From: the human T2T-CHM13v2.0 reference genome, Homo sapiens
NCBI RefSeq assembly: GCF_009914755.1
Contig: NC_060928.1
Reading direction: 5' to 3' (one strand)
Length of the DNA: 64,000 nt
Both the position numbers and the translations under genes were made by a program. Within the stretch, counting starts at the first letter, position 1. The number at the start of each line of letters is the position of its first letter. This document shows positions 12,201 through 27,200 of the stretch, piece by piece. Under the pieces are notes generated by a model that saw only the letters and a list, made by a program, of their open reading frames with translations, was not told the DNA's origin and ran no database searches.

Positions 12201-15200
12201 TTGGATAGCTTTGTGGATTTCGTTGGAAACGGGATGACGTATAAAATCTAGAGAGAAGCATTCTCAGGAACTTCTTTCTGATGTTTGCATTCAAGTCACA
12301 GAATTGAACATTCCTTTTCATAGTGCAGGTTTGAAACACTCTTTCTGTAGTATCTGGAAGTGGACATTTCAAGCGCTTTCAGGCCTACGGGGAGAAAGGA
12401 AATATCTTCAAATAAAAACTAGACAGAAGGATTCTCAGAAACTTATTTGTGATGTGTGTCCTAAACGAACACAGTTGAACCTTTGTTTTGATACAGCATT
12501 TTGGAAACACTCCTTTTGTAGGATCTGCAGGTGGATATTTGGATAGATTTTAAGATTTCGTTGGAAACGGGAGTTTCTTCATAGAAACTCAAGACAGATG
12601 CATTCTCAGAAACATCTCTGTGATGTTTGCATTCCACTCATAGTGTTGAAAACTTCCTTTCATAGAGCAGGTTTGAAACACTCTTTTTGTAATATTTGGA
12701 AGTGGACATTTGCAGCGCTTTGAGGCCTATGGTGAAAAAGGAAATATCTTCTCATAAAAACCAGAAACAAGCATTCTCAGAAACTTCTTTTTGATGTGTG
12801 TACTCAAGTAACAGAGTTGAACCTTCCTTTTGACACAGCAGTTTTGAAACAATCTTTTTGTAGAATCTGCAAGTGGATATTTGGATAGCTTTGAGGATTT
12901 CGTTGGAAACGGGATATCTTCATATAAAATCTAGACAGAAGCATTCTCAGAAACTTCTTTGTGCTGTATGTCCTCAATTAACAGAGTTGAACCATTGCTT
13001 GGATACAGCATTTTGGAAACATTCCTTGAGTAGAATCTGCAAGTTGATATTTAGATAGATTTGAAGATTTCGTTGGAAAAGGGAATATCTCCATATAAAA
13101 TCTAGAGGGAAGCATTCTCAGAAACTGCTTTGTGATGTTTCCATTCAAGTCACAGAGTTGAATATTCCCTTTTATAGAGCACGTTTGAAACACTCTTTCT
13201 GCACTATCTGGAAGTGGACATTTCGAGCGCTTTGAGGCCTATGGTGAAAAAGGAAATATCTTCCCATAAAAACTAGACAGAAGCATTCTCAGAAACTTGT
13301 TTGTGATGTGTGTATTCAACTAACAGAGTTGAACTTTTGTTTTTACAGAGCCGTTTTAAAACACTCTTTTTGTGGAATCAGAAAGTGGATATTCGGATGG
13401 CTCTGAGGATTTCGTTGGAAGCGGGATTACGTATAAAATCTAGAGAGAAGCATTCTCAGGAACTTCTTTGTGATGTTTGCATTGAAGTCACAGAATTGAA
13501 CATTCACTTTGATAGAGCAGGTTTGAAACACTCATTCTGTAGTATCTGGAAGTGGACATTTCAAGCGCTTTCAGGCCTATGGTGAGAAAGGAAATATCTT
13601 CGAATAAAAACTAGACAGAAGCATCCTCAGAAACTTATTTGTGATGTGTGTCCTCAACTAACAGAGTTGAAACTTTGTTTTGATACAGCATTTTGGAAAC
13701 ACTCTTTTTGTAGAATCTGCAGGTGGATATTTGGATAGCTTAGAGGGATTCGTTGGAAAGGGGATATCTTCATATAAAATCTAGACAGAAGCATTCTCAG
13801 AAACTTATTTGTGATGTGTGTCCTCAACTAACAGAGTTGAACCTTGGTTTTGATACAGCATTTTGGAAACACTCCTTTTGTAGAATCTGCAGGTGGATAT
13901 GTGGATAGCTCTGAAGATTTCGTTGGAAACGGGAATTTCTTCATATAAAATCAAACAGAAGCATTCTCAGAAACTTCTCAGTGATGTTTGCATTCAGCTC
14001 ATGGAGTTGAACACTTCCTTTCATAGAGCCGGTTTGAAACACTCTTTCTGCACTACCTGGAAGAGGACATTTCGAGCGCTTTGAGTCCTATGGTGAAAAA
14101 GGAAATATCTTCTCATAGAAACCAGAAAGAAGCATTCTCAGAAACTTCTTTGTGTTGTGTGTACTCATGTAACAGTGTTGAACCATCCTTTTGACAGAGC
14201 AGTTTTGAAACACTCTTTTTGTAGAATCTGCAAGTGGATATTTGGATAGCTTTGAGGATTTCGTTGGAAACGGGATGACATATAATATCTAGAGAGAAGC
14301 ATTCTCAGGAACTTCTTTGTGATGTTTGCATTCAAGTCACAGAATTGAACATTCCCTTTCATAGAGCAGGTTTGAAACACTCTTTCTCTAGTATCTGGAA
14401 GTGGGCATTTCAAGCGCTTTCAGGCCTATGGAGAGAAAGGAAATACCTTCAAATAAAAACTAGACAGAAGCATTCTCAGAAACTTATTTGTGATGTGTGT
14501 CCTCAACTAACAGAGTTGAACCTTTGTTTTGATACAGCATTTTGGAAACACTCCTTTTGTAGAATCTGCAGGTGGATATTTGGATAGCTTTGAAGATTTC
14601 GTTGGAAACCGGAATATCTTCATATAAAATCAAGACAGAAGCATTCTCGGAAACATCTCTGTGATGTTTGCATTCAACTCAGTAGAGTTGAACACTTCCT
14701 TTCATAGAGCAGGTTTGAAACACTCTTTCTGCACTACCTGGAAGCGGACATTTCGAGCGCTTTGAGGCCTATGGTGAAAAAGGAAATATCTTCTCATAAA
14801 AACCAGAAAGAAGCATTCTCAGAAACTTCTTTGTGTTGTGTGTACTCAAGTAACAGTGTTGAACCTTCCTTTTGACACAGCAGTTTTGAAACACTCTTTT
14901 GGTAGAATCTGCAAGTGGATATTTGGATAGCTTTGAGGATTTCGTTGGAAACGGGTTATCTTCATATAAAATCCAGACAGGAGCATTCTCAGAAACTTCT
15001 TTGTGCTGTATGTCCTCAATTCACAGAGCTGAACCTTTGTTTGGATACAGCATTTTGGAGACATTCCTTTAGTAGAATCTGCAAGTTGATATTTAGATAG
15101 CTTTGAAGATTTCGTTGGAAACGGGAATATCTTCATAGAAAATCTAGACGGAAGCATTCTCAGAAACTGCTTTGTGATGTTTGCATTCAAGTCACAGAGT

Positions 15201-18200
15201 TGAATATTCCCTTTTATAGAGTAGGTTTGAAACACTCTTTCGGCACTACCTGGAAGTGGATATTTCGAGCTCTTTGAGACCTATGGTTAAAAGGAAATAT
15301 CTTCCCATAAAAACTAGACAGAAGCCGTCTCAGAAACTTGTTTGTGATGTGTGTATTCAACTAACAGAGTTGAACATTTCTGTTACAGAGCAATTTTAAA
15401 ACACTCTTTTTGTGGAATCTGAAAGTGGATAATTGGATAGCTTTGTGGATTTCGTTGGAAACGGGATGACGTATAAAATCTAGAGAGAAGCATTCTCAGG
15501 AACTTCTTTCTGATGTTTGCATTCAAGTCACAGAATTGAACATTCCTTTTCATAGTGCAGGTTTGAAACACTCTTTCTGTAGTATCTGGAAGTGGACATT
15601 TCAAGCGCTTTCAGGCCTACGGGGAGAAAGGAAATATCTTCAAATAAAAACTAGACAGAAGGATTCTCAGAAACTTATTTGTGATGTGTGTCCTAAACGA
15701 ACACAGTTGAACCTTTGTTTTGATACAGCATTTTGGAAACACTCCTTTTGTAGGATCTGCAGGTGGATATTTGGATAGATTTTAAGATTTCGTTGGAAAC
15801 GGGAGTTTCTTCATAGAAACTCAAGACAGATGCATTCTCAGAAACATCTCTGTGATGTTTGCATTCCACTCATAGTGTTGAAAACTTCCTTTCATAGAGC
15901 AGGTTTGAAACACTCTTTTTGTAATATTTGGAAGTGGACATTTGCAGCGCTTTGAGGCCTATGGTGAAAAAGGAAATATCTTCTCATAAAAACCAGAAAC
16001 AAGCATTCTCAGAAACTTCTTTTTGATGTGTGTACTCAAGTAACAGAGTTGAACCTTCCTTTTGACACAGCAGTTTTGAAACAATCTTTTTGTAGAATCT
16101 GCAAGTGGATATTTGGATAGCTTTGAGGATTTCGTTGGAAACGGGATATCTTCATATAAAATCTAGACAGAAGCATTCTCAGAAACTTCTTTGTGCTGTA
16201 TGTCCTCAATTAACAGAGTTGAACCATTGCTTGGATACAGCATTTTGGAAACATTCCTTGAGTAGAATCTGCAAGTTGATATTTAGATAGATTTGAAGAT
16301 TTCGTTGGAAAAGGGAATATCTCCATATAAAATCTAGAGGGAAGCATTCTCAGAAACTGCTTTGTGATGTTTCCATTCAAGTCACAGAGTTGAATATTCC
16401 CTTTTATAGAGCACGTTTGAAACACTCTTTCTGCACTATCTGGAAGTGGACATTTCGAGCGCTTTGAGGCCTATGGTGAAAAAGGAAATATCTTCCCATA
16501 AAAACTAGACAGAAGCATTCTCAGAAACTTGTTTGTGATGTGTGTATTCAACTAACAGAGTTGAACTTTTGTTTTTACAGAGCCGTTTTAAAACACTCTT
16601 TTTGTGGAATCAGAAAGTGGATATTCGGATGGCTCTGAGGATTTCGTTGGAAGCGGGATTACGTATAAAATCTAGAGAGAAGCATTCTCAGGAACTTCTT
16701 TGTGATGTTTGCATTGAAGTCACAGAATTGAACATTCACTTTGATAGAGCAGGTTTGAAACACTCATTCTGTAGTATCTGGAAGTGGACATTTCAAGCGC
16801 TTTCAGGCCTATGGTGAGAAAGGAAATATCTTCGAATAAAAACTAGACAGAAGCATCCTCAGAAACTTATTTGTGATGTGTGTCCTCAACTAACAGAGTT
16901 GAAACTTTGTTTTGATACAGCATTTTGGAAACACTCTTTTTGTAGAATCTGCAGGTGGATATTTGGATAGCTTAGAGGGATTCGTTGGAAAGGGGATATC
17001 TTCATATAAAATCTAGACAGAAGCATTCTCAGAAACTTATTTGTGATGTGTGTCCTCAACTAACAGAGTTGAACCTTGGTTTCGATACAGCATTTTGGAA
17101 ACACTCCTTTTGTAGAATCTGCAGGTGGATATGTGGATAGCTCTGAAGATTTCGTTGGAAACGGGAATTTCTTCATATAAAATCAAACAGAAGCATTCTC
17201 AGAAACTTCTCAGTGATGTTTGCATTCAGCTCATGGAGTTGAACACTTCCTTTCATAGAGCCGGTTTGAAACACTCTTTCTGCACTACCTGGAAGAGGAC
17301 ATTTCGAGCGCTTTGAGTCCTATGGTGAAAAAGGAAATATCTTCTCATAAAAACCAGAAAGAAGCATTCTCAGAAACTTCTTTGTGTTGTGTGTACTCAT
17401 GTAACAGTGTTGAACCATCCTTTTGACAGAGCAGTTTTGAAACACTCTTTTTGTAGAATCTGCAAGTGGATATTTGGATAGCTTTGAGGATTTCGTTGGA
17501 AACGGGATGACATATAATATCTAGAGAGAAGCATTCTCAGGAACTTCTTTGTGATGTTTGCATTCAAGTCACAGAATTGAACATTCCCTTTCATAGAGCA
17601 GGTTTGAAACACTCTTTCTCTAGTATCTGGAAGTGGGCATTTCAAGCGCTTTCAGGCCTATGGAGAGAAAGGAAATACCTTCAAATAAAAACTAGACAGA
17701 AGCATTCTCAGAAACTTATTTGTGATGTGTGTCCTCAACTAACAGAGTTGAACCTTTGTTTTGATACAGCATTTTGGAAACACTCCTTTTGTAGAATCTG
17801 CAGGTGGATATTTGGATAGCTTTGAAGATTTCGTTGGAAACCGGAATATCTTCATATAAAATCAAGACAGAAGCATTCTCGGAAACATCTCTGTGATGTT
17901 TGCATTCAACTCAGTAGAGTTGAACACTTCCTTTCATAGAGCAGGTTTGAAACACTCTTTCTGCACTACCTGGAAGCGGACATTTCGAGCGCTTTGAGGC
18001 CTATGGTGAAAAAGGAAATATCTTCTCATAAAAACCAGAAAGAAGCATTCTCAGAAACTTCTTTGTGTTGTGTGTACTCAAGTAACAGTGTTGAACCTTC
18101 CTTTTGACACAGCAGTTTTGAAACACTCTTTTGGTAGAATCTGCAAGTGGATATTTGGATAGCTTTGAGGATTTCGTTGGAAACGGGTTATCTTCATATA

Positions 18201-21200
18201 AAATCCTGACAGGAGCATTCTCAGAAACTTCTTTGTGCTGTATGTCCTCAATTCACAGAGCTGAACCTTTGTTTGGATACAGCATTTTGGAGACATTCCT
18301 TTAGTAGAATCTGCAAGTTGATATTTAGATAGCTTTGAAGATTTCGTTGGAAACGGGAATATCTTCATAGAAAATCTAGACGGAAGCATTCTCAGAAACT
18401 GCTTTGTGATGTTTGCATTCAAGTCACAGAGTTGAATATTCCCTTTTATAGAGTAGGTTTGAAACACTCTTTCGGCACTACCTGGAAGTGGATATTTCGA
18501 GCTCTTTGAGGCCTATGGTTAAAAGGAAATATCTTCCCATAAAAACTAGACAGAAGCCGTCTCAGAAACTTGTTTGTGATGTGTGTATTCAACTAACAGA
18601 GTTGAACATTTCTGTTACAGAGCAATTTTAAAACACTCTTTTTGTGGAATCTGAAAGTGGATAATTGGATAGCTTTGTGGATTTCGTTGGAAACGGGATG
18701 ACGTATAAAATCTAGAGAGAAGCATTCTCAGGAACTTCTTTCTGATGTTTGCATTCAAGTCACAGAATTGAACATTCCTTTTCATAGTGCAGGTTTGAAA
18801 CACTCTTTCTGTAGTATCTGGAAGTGGACATTTCAAGCGCTTTCAGGCCTACGGGGAGAAAGGAAATATCTTCAAATAAAAACTAGACAGAAGGATTCTC
18901 AGAAACTTATTTGTGATGTGTGTCCTAAACGAACACAGTTGAACCTTTGTTTTGATACAGCATTTTGGAAACACTCGTTTTGTAGGATCTGCAGGTGGAT
19001 ATTTGGATAGATTTTAAGATTTCGTTGGAAACGGGAGTTTCTTCATGGAAACTCAAGACAGATGCATTCTCGGAAACATCTCTGTGATGTTTGCATTCCA
19101 CTCATACAGTTGAAAACTTCCTTTCATAGAGCAGGTTTGAAACACTCTTTTTGTAATATTTGGAAGTGGACATTTGCAGCGCTTTGAGGCCTATGGTGAA
19201 AAAGGAAATATCTTCTCATAAAAACCAGAAACAAGCATTCTCGGAAACTTCTTTTTGATGTGTGTAGTCAAGTAACAGAGTTGAACCTTCCTTTTGACAC
19301 AGCAGTTTTGAAACAATCTTTTTGTAGAATCTGCAAGTGGATATTTGGATAGCTTTGAGGATTTCGTTGGAAACGGGATATCTTCATATAAAATCTAGAC
19401 AGAAGCATTCTCAGAAACTTCTTTGTGCTGTATGTCCTCAATTAACAGAGTTGAACCATTGCTTGGATACAGCATTTTGGAAACATTCCTTGAGTAGAAT
19501 CTGCAAGTTGATATTTAGATAGATTTGAAGATTTCGTTGGAAAAGGGAATATCTCCATATAAAATCTAGAGGGAAGCATTCTCAGAAACTGCTTTGTGAT
19601 GTTTCCATTCAAGTCACAGAGTTGAATATTCCCTTTTATAGAGCACGTTTGAAACACTCTTTCTGCACTATCTGGAAGTGGACATTTCGAGCGCTTTGAG
19701 GCCTATGGTGAAAAAGGAAATATCTTCCCATAAAAACTAGACAGAAGCATTCTCAGAAACTTGTTTGTGATGTGTGTATTCAACTAACAGAGTTGAACTT
19801 TTGTTTTTACAGAGCCGTTTTAAAACACTCTTTTTGTGGAATCAGAAAGTGGATATTCGGATGGCTCTGAGGATTTCGTTGGAAGCGGGATTACATATAA
19901 AATCTAGAGAGAAGCATTCTCAGGAACTTCTTTGTGATGTTTGCATTGAAGTCACAGAATTGAACATTCACTTTGATAGAGCAGGTTTGAAACACTCATT
20001 CTGTAGTATCTGGAAGTGGACATTTCAAGCGCTTTCAGGCCTATGGTGAGAAAGGAAATATCTTCGAATAAAAACTAGACAGAAGCATCCTCAGAAACTT
20101 ATTTGTGATGTGTGTCCTCAACTAACAGAGTTGAAACTTTGTTTTGATACAGCATTTTGGAAACACTCTTTTTGTAGAATCTGCAGGTGGATATTTGGAT
20201 AGCTTAGAGGGATTCGTTGGAAAGGGGATATCTTCATATAAAATCTAGACAGAAGCATTCTCAGAAACTTATTTGTGATGTGTGTCCTCAACTAACAGAG
20301 TTGAACCTTGGTTTTGATACAGCATTTTGGAAACACTCCTTTTGTAGAATCTGCAGGTGGATATGTGGATAGCTCTGAAGATTTCATTGGAAACGGGAAT
20401 TTCTTCATATAAAATCAAACAGAAGCATTCTCAGAAACTTCTCAGTGATGTTTGCATTCAGCTCATGGAGTTGAACACTTCCTTTCATAGAGCCGGTTTG
20501 AAACACTCTTTCTGCACTACCTGGAAGAGGACATTTCGAGCGCTTTGAGTCCTATGGTGAAAAAGGAAATATCTTCTCATAAAAACCAGAAAGAAGCATT
20601 CTCAGAAACTTCTTTGTGTTGTGTGTACTCATGTAACAGTGTTGAACCATCCTTTTGACAGAGCAGTTTTGAAACACTCTTTTTGTAGAATCTGCAAGTG
20701 GATATTTGGATAGCTTTGAGGATTTCGTTGGAAACGGGATGACATATAATATCTAGAGAGAAGCATTCTCAGGAACTTCTTTGTGATGTTTGCATTCAAG
20801 TCACAGAATTGAACATTCCCTTTCATAGAGCAGGTTTGAAACACTCTTTCTCTAGTATCTGGAAGTGGGCATTTCAAGCGCTTTCAGGCCTATGGAGAGA
20901 AAGGAAATACCTTCAAATAAAAACTAGACAGAAGCATTCTCAGAAACTTATTTGTGATGTGTGTCCTCAACTAACAGAGTTGAACCTTTGTTTTGATACA
21001 GCATTTTGGAAACACTCCTTTTGTAGAATCTGCAGGTGGATATTTGGATAGCTTTGAAGATTTCGTTGGAAACCGGAATATCTTCATATAAAATCAAGAC
21101 AGAAGCATTCTCGGAAACATCTCTGTGATGTTTGCATTCAACTCAGTAGAGTTGAACACTTCCTTTCATAGAGCAGGTTTGAAACACTCTTTCTGCACTA

Positions 21201-24200
21201 CCTGGAAGCGGACATTTCGAGCGCTTTGAGGCCTATGGTGAAAAAGGAAATATCTTCTCATAAAAACCAGAAAGAAGCATTCTCAGAAACTTCTTTGTGT
21301 TGTGTGTACTCAAGTAACAGTGTTGAACCTTCCTTTTGACACAGCAGTTTTGAAACACTCTTTTGGTAGAATCTGCAAGTGGATATTTGGATAGCTTTGA
21401 GGATTTCGTTGGAAACTTGTTATCTTCATATAAAATCCAGACAGGAGCATTCTCAGAAACTTCTTTGTGCTGTATGTCCTCAATTCACAGAGCTGAACCT
21501 TTGTTTGGATACAGCATTTTGGAGACATTCCTTTAGTAGAATCTGCAAGTTGATATTTAGATAGCTTTGAAGATTTCGTTGGAAACGGGAATATCTTCAT
21601 AGAAAATCTAGACGGAAGCATTCTCAGAAACTGCTTTGTGATGTTTGCATTCAAGTCACAGAGTTGAATATTCCCTTTTATAGAGTAGGTTTGAAACACT
21701 CTTTCGGCACTACCTGGAAGTGGATATTTCGAGCTCTTTGAGGCCTATGGTTAAAAGGAAATATCTTCCCATAAAAACTAGACAGAAGCCGTCTCAGAAA
21801 CTTGTTTGTGATGTGTGTATTCAACTAACAGAGTTGAACATTTCTGTTACAGAGCAATTTTAAAACACTCTTTTTGTGGAATCTGAAAGTGCATAATTGG
21901 ATAGCTTTGTGGATTTCGTTGGAAACGGGATGACGTATAAAATCTAGAGAGAAGCATTCTCAGGAACTTCTTTCTGATGTTTGCATTCAAGTCACAGAAT
22001 TGAACATTCCTTTTCATAGTGCAGGTTTGAAACACTCTTTCTGTAGTATCTGGAAGTGGACATTTCAAGCGCTTTCAGGCCTACGGGGAGAAAGGAAATA
22101 TCTTCAAATAAAAACTAGACAGAAGGATTCTCAGAAACTTATTTGTGATGTGTGTCCTAAACGAACACAGTTGAACCTTTGTTTTGATACAGCATTTTGG
22201 AAACACTCCTTTTGTAGGATCTGCAGGTGGATATTTGGATAGATTTTAAGATTTCGTTGGAAACGGGAGTTTCTTCATATTATCTCAAGACAGATGCATT
22301 CTCCGAAACATCTCTGTGATGTTTGCATTCCACTCATAGTGTTGAAAACATCCTTTCATAGAGCAGGTTTGAAACACTCTTTTTGTAATATTTGGAAGTG
22401 GACATTTGCAGCGCTTTGAGGCCTATGGTGAAAAAGGAAATATCTTCTCATAAAAACCAGAAACAAGCATTCTCAGAAACTTCTTTTTGATGTGTGTACT
22501 CAAGTAACAGAGTTGAACCTTCCTTTTGACACAGCAGTTTTGAAACAATCTTTTTGTAGAATCTGCAAGTGGATATTTGGATAGCTTTGAGGATTTCGTT
22601 GGAAACGGGATATCTTCATATAAAATCTAGACAGAAGCATTCTCAGAAACTTCTTTGTGCTGTATGTCCTCAATTAACAGAGTTGAACCATTGCTTGGAT
22701 ACAGCATTTTGGAAACATTCCTTGAGTAGAATCTGCAAGTTGATATTTAGATAGATTTGAAGATTTCGTTGGAAAAGGGAATATCTCCATATAAAATCTA
22801 GAGGGAAGCATTCTCAGAAACTGCTTTGTGATGTTTCCATTCAAGTCACAGAGTTGAATATTCCCTTTTATAGAGCACGTTTGAAACACTCTTTCTGCAC
22901 TATCTGGAAGTGGACATTTCGAGCGCTTTGAGGCCTATGGTGAAAAAGGAAATATCTTCCCATAAAAACTAGACAGAAGCATTCTCAGAAACTTGTTTGT
23001 GATGTGTGTATTCAACTAACAGAGTTGAACTTTTGTTTTTACAGAGCCGTTTTAAAACACTCTTTTTGTGGAATCAGAAAGTGGATATTCGGATGGCTCT
23101 GAGGATTTCGTTGGAAGCGGGATTACATATAAAATCTAGAGAGAAGCATTCTCAGGAACTTCTTTGTGATGTTTGCATTGAAGTCACAGAATTGAACATT
23201 CACTTTGATAGAGCAGGTTTGAAACACTCATTCTGTAGTATCTGGAAGTGGACATTTCAAGCGCTTTCAGGCCTATGGTGAGAAAGGAAATATCTTCGAA
23301 TAAAAACTAGACAGAAGCATCCTCAGAAACTTATTTGTGATGTGTGTCCTCAACTAACAGAGTTGAAACTTTGTTTTGATACAGCATTTTGGAAACACTC
23401 TTTTTGTAGAATCTGCAGGTGGATATTTGGATAGCTTAGAGGGATTCGTTGGAAAGGGGATATCTTCATATAAAATCTAGACAGAAGCATTCTCAGAAAC
23501 TTATTTGTGATGTGTGTCCTCAACTAACAGAGTTGAACCTTGGTTTTGATACAGCATTTTGGAAACACTCCTTTTGTAGAATCTGCAGGTGGATATGTGG
23601 ATAGCTCTGAAGATTTCGTTGGAAACGGGAATTTCTTCATATAAAATCAAACAGAAGCATTCTCAGAAACTTCTCAGTGATGTTTGCATTCAGCTCATGG
23701 AGTTGAACACTTCCTTTCATAGAGCCGGTTTGAAACACTCTTTCTGCACTACCTGGAAGAGGACATTTCGAGCGCTTTGAGTCCTATGGTGAAAAAGGAA
23801 ATATCTTCTCATAAAAACCAGAAAGAAGCATTCTCAGAAACTTCTTTGTGTTGTGTGTACTCATGTAACAGTGTTGAACCATCCTTTTGACAGAGCAGTT
23901 TTGAAACACTCTTTTGGTAGAATCTGCAAGTGGATATTTGGATAGCTTTGAGGATTTCGTTGGAAACGGGATGACATATAATATCTAGAGAGAAGCATTC
24001 TCAGGAACTTCTTTGTGATGTTTGCATTCAAGTCACAGAATTGAACATTCCCTTTCATAGAGCAGGTTTGAAACACTCTTTCTCTAGTATCTGGAAGTGG
24101 GCATTTCAAGCGCTTTCAGGCCTATGGAGAGAAAGGAAATACCTTCAAATAAAAACTAGACAGAAGCATTCTCAGAAACTTATTTGTGATGTGTGTCCTC

Positions 24201-27200
24201 AACTAACAGAGTTGAACCTTTGTTTTGATACAGCATTTTGGAAACACTCCTTTTGTAGAATCTGCAGGTGGATATTTGGATAGCTTTGAAGATTTCGTTG
24301 GAAACCGGAATATCTTCATATAAAATCAAGACAGAAGCATTCTCGGAAACATCTCTGTGATGTTTGCATTCAACTCAGTAGAGTTGAACACTTCCTTTCA
24401 TAGAGCAGGTTTGAAACACTCTTTCTGCACTACCTGGAAGCGGACATTTCGAGCGCTTTGAGGCCTATGGTGAAAAAGGAAATATCTTCTCATAAAAACC
24501 AGAAAGAAGCATTCTCAGAAACTTCTTTGTGTTGTGTGTACTCAAGTAACAGTGTTGAACCTTCCTTTTGACACAGCAGTTTTGAAACACTCTTTTGGTA
24601 GAATCTGCAAGTGGATATTTGGATAGCTTTGAGGATTTCGTTGGAAACGGGTTATCTTCATATAAAATCCAGACAGGAGCATTCTCAGAAACTTCTTTGT
24701 GCTGTATGTCCTCAATTCACAGAGCTGAACCTTTGTTTGGATACAGCATTTTGGAGACATTCCTTTAGTAGAATCTGCAAGTTGATATTTAGATAGCTTT
24801 GAAGATTTCGTTGGAAACGGGAATATCTTCATAGAAAATCTAGACGGAAGCATTCTCAGAAACTGCTTTGTGATGTTTGCATTCAAGTCACAGAGTTGAA
24901 TATTCCCTTTTATAGAGTAGGTTTGAAACACTCTTTCGGCACTACCTGGAAGTGGATATTTCGAGCTCTTTGAGGCCTATGGTTAAAAGGAAATATCTTC
25001 CCATAAAAACTAGACAGAAGCCGTCTCAGAAACTTGTTTGTGATGTGTGTATTCAACTAACAGAGTTGAACATTTCTGTTACAGAGCAATTTTAAAACAC
25101 TCTTTTTGTGGAATCTGAAAGTGGAGAATTGGATAGCTTTGTGGATTTCGTTGGAAACGGGATGACGTATAAAATCTAGAGAGAAGCATTCTCAGGAACT
25201 TCTTTCTGATGTTTGCATTCAAGTCACAGAATTGAACATTCCTTTTCATAGTGCAGGTTTGAAACACTCTTTCTGTAGTATCTGGAAGTGGACATTTCAA
25301 GCGCTTTCAGGCCTACGGGGAGAAAGGAAATATCTTCAAATAAAAACTAGACAGAAGGATTCTCAGAAACTTATTTGTGATGTGTGTCCTAAACGAACAC
25401 AGTTGAACCTTTGTTTTGATACAGCATTTTGGAAACACTCCTTTTGTAGGATCTGCAGGTGGATATTTGGATAGATTTTAAGATTTCGTTGGAAACGGGA
25501 GTTTCTTCATATAAACTCAAGACAGATGCATTCTCCGAAACATCTCTGTGATGTTTGCATTCCACTCATAGTGTTGAAAACATCCTTTCATAGAGCAGGT
25601 TTGAAACACTCTTTTTGTAATATTTGGAAGTGGACATTTGCAGCGCTTTGAGGCCTATGGTGAAAAAGGAAATATCTTCTCATAAAAACCAGAAACAAGC
25701 ATTCTCAGAAACTTCTTTTTGATGTGTGTACTCAAGTAACAGAGTTGAACCTTCCTTTTGACACAGCAGTTTTGAAACAATCTTTTTGTAGAATCTGCAA
25801 GTGGATATTTGGATAGCTTTGAGGATTTCGTTGGAAACGGGATATCTTCATATAAAATCTAGACAGAAGCATTCTCAGAAACTTCTTTGTGCTGTATGTC
25901 CTCAATTAACAGAGTTGAACCATTGCTTGGATACAGCATTTTGGAAACATTCCTTGAGTAGAATCTGCAAGTTGATATTTAGATAGATTTGAAGATTTCG
26001 TTGGAAAAGGGAATATCTCCATATAAAATCTAGAGGGAAGCATTCTCAGAAACTGCTTTGTGATGTTTCCATTCAAGTCACAGAGTTGAATATTCCCTTT
26101 TATAGAGCACGTTTGAAACACTCTTTCTGCACTATCTGGAAGTGGACATTTCGAGCGCTTTGAGGCCTATGGTGAAAAAGGAAATATCTTCCCATAAAAA
26201 CTAGACAGAAGCATTCTCAGAAACTTGTTTGTGATGTGTGTATTCAACTAACAGAGTTGAACTTTTGTTTTTACAGAGCCGTTTTAAAACACTCTTTTTG
26301 TGGAATCAGAAAGTGGATATTCGGATGGCTCTGAGGATTTCGTTGGAAGCGGGATTACATATAAAATCTAGAGAGAAGCATTCTCAGGAACTTCTTTGTG
26401 ATGTTTGCATTGAAGTCACAGAATTGAACATTCACTTTGATAGAGCAGGTTTGAAACACTCATTCTGTAGTATCTGGAAGTGGACATTTCAAGCGCTTTC
26501 AGGCCTATGGTGAGAAAGGAAATATCTTCGAATAAAAACTAGACAGAAGCATCCTCAGAAACTTATTTGTGATGTGTGTCCTCAACTAACAGAGTTAAAA
26601 CTTTGTTTTGATACAGCATTTTGGAAACACTCTTTTTGTAGAATCTGCAGGTGGATATTTGGATAGCTTAGAGGGATTCTTTGGCAAGGGGATATCTTCA
26701 TATAAAATCTAGACAGAAGCATTCTCAGAAACTTATTTGTGATGTGTGTCCTCAACTAACAGAGTTGAACCTTGGTTTTGATACAGCATTTTGGAAACAC
26801 TCCTTTTGTAGAATCTGCAGGTGGATATGTGGATAGCTCTGAAGATTTCGTTGGAAACGGGAATTTCTTCATATAAAATCAAACAGAAGCATTCTCAGAA
26901 ACTTCTCAGTGATGTTTGCATTCAGCTCATGGAGTTGAACACTTCCTTTCATAGAGCCGGTTTGAAACACTCTTTCTGCACTACCTGGAAGAGGACATTT
27001 CGAGCGCTTTGAGTCCTATGGTGAAAAAGGAAATATCTTCTCATAAAAACCAGAAAGAAGCATTCTCAGAAACTTCTTTGTGTTGTGTGTACTCATGTAA
27101 CAGTGTTGAACCATCCTTTTGACAGAGCAGTTTTGAAACACTCTTTTTGTAGAATCTGCAAGTGGATATTTGGATAGCTTTGAGGATTTCGTTGGAAACG

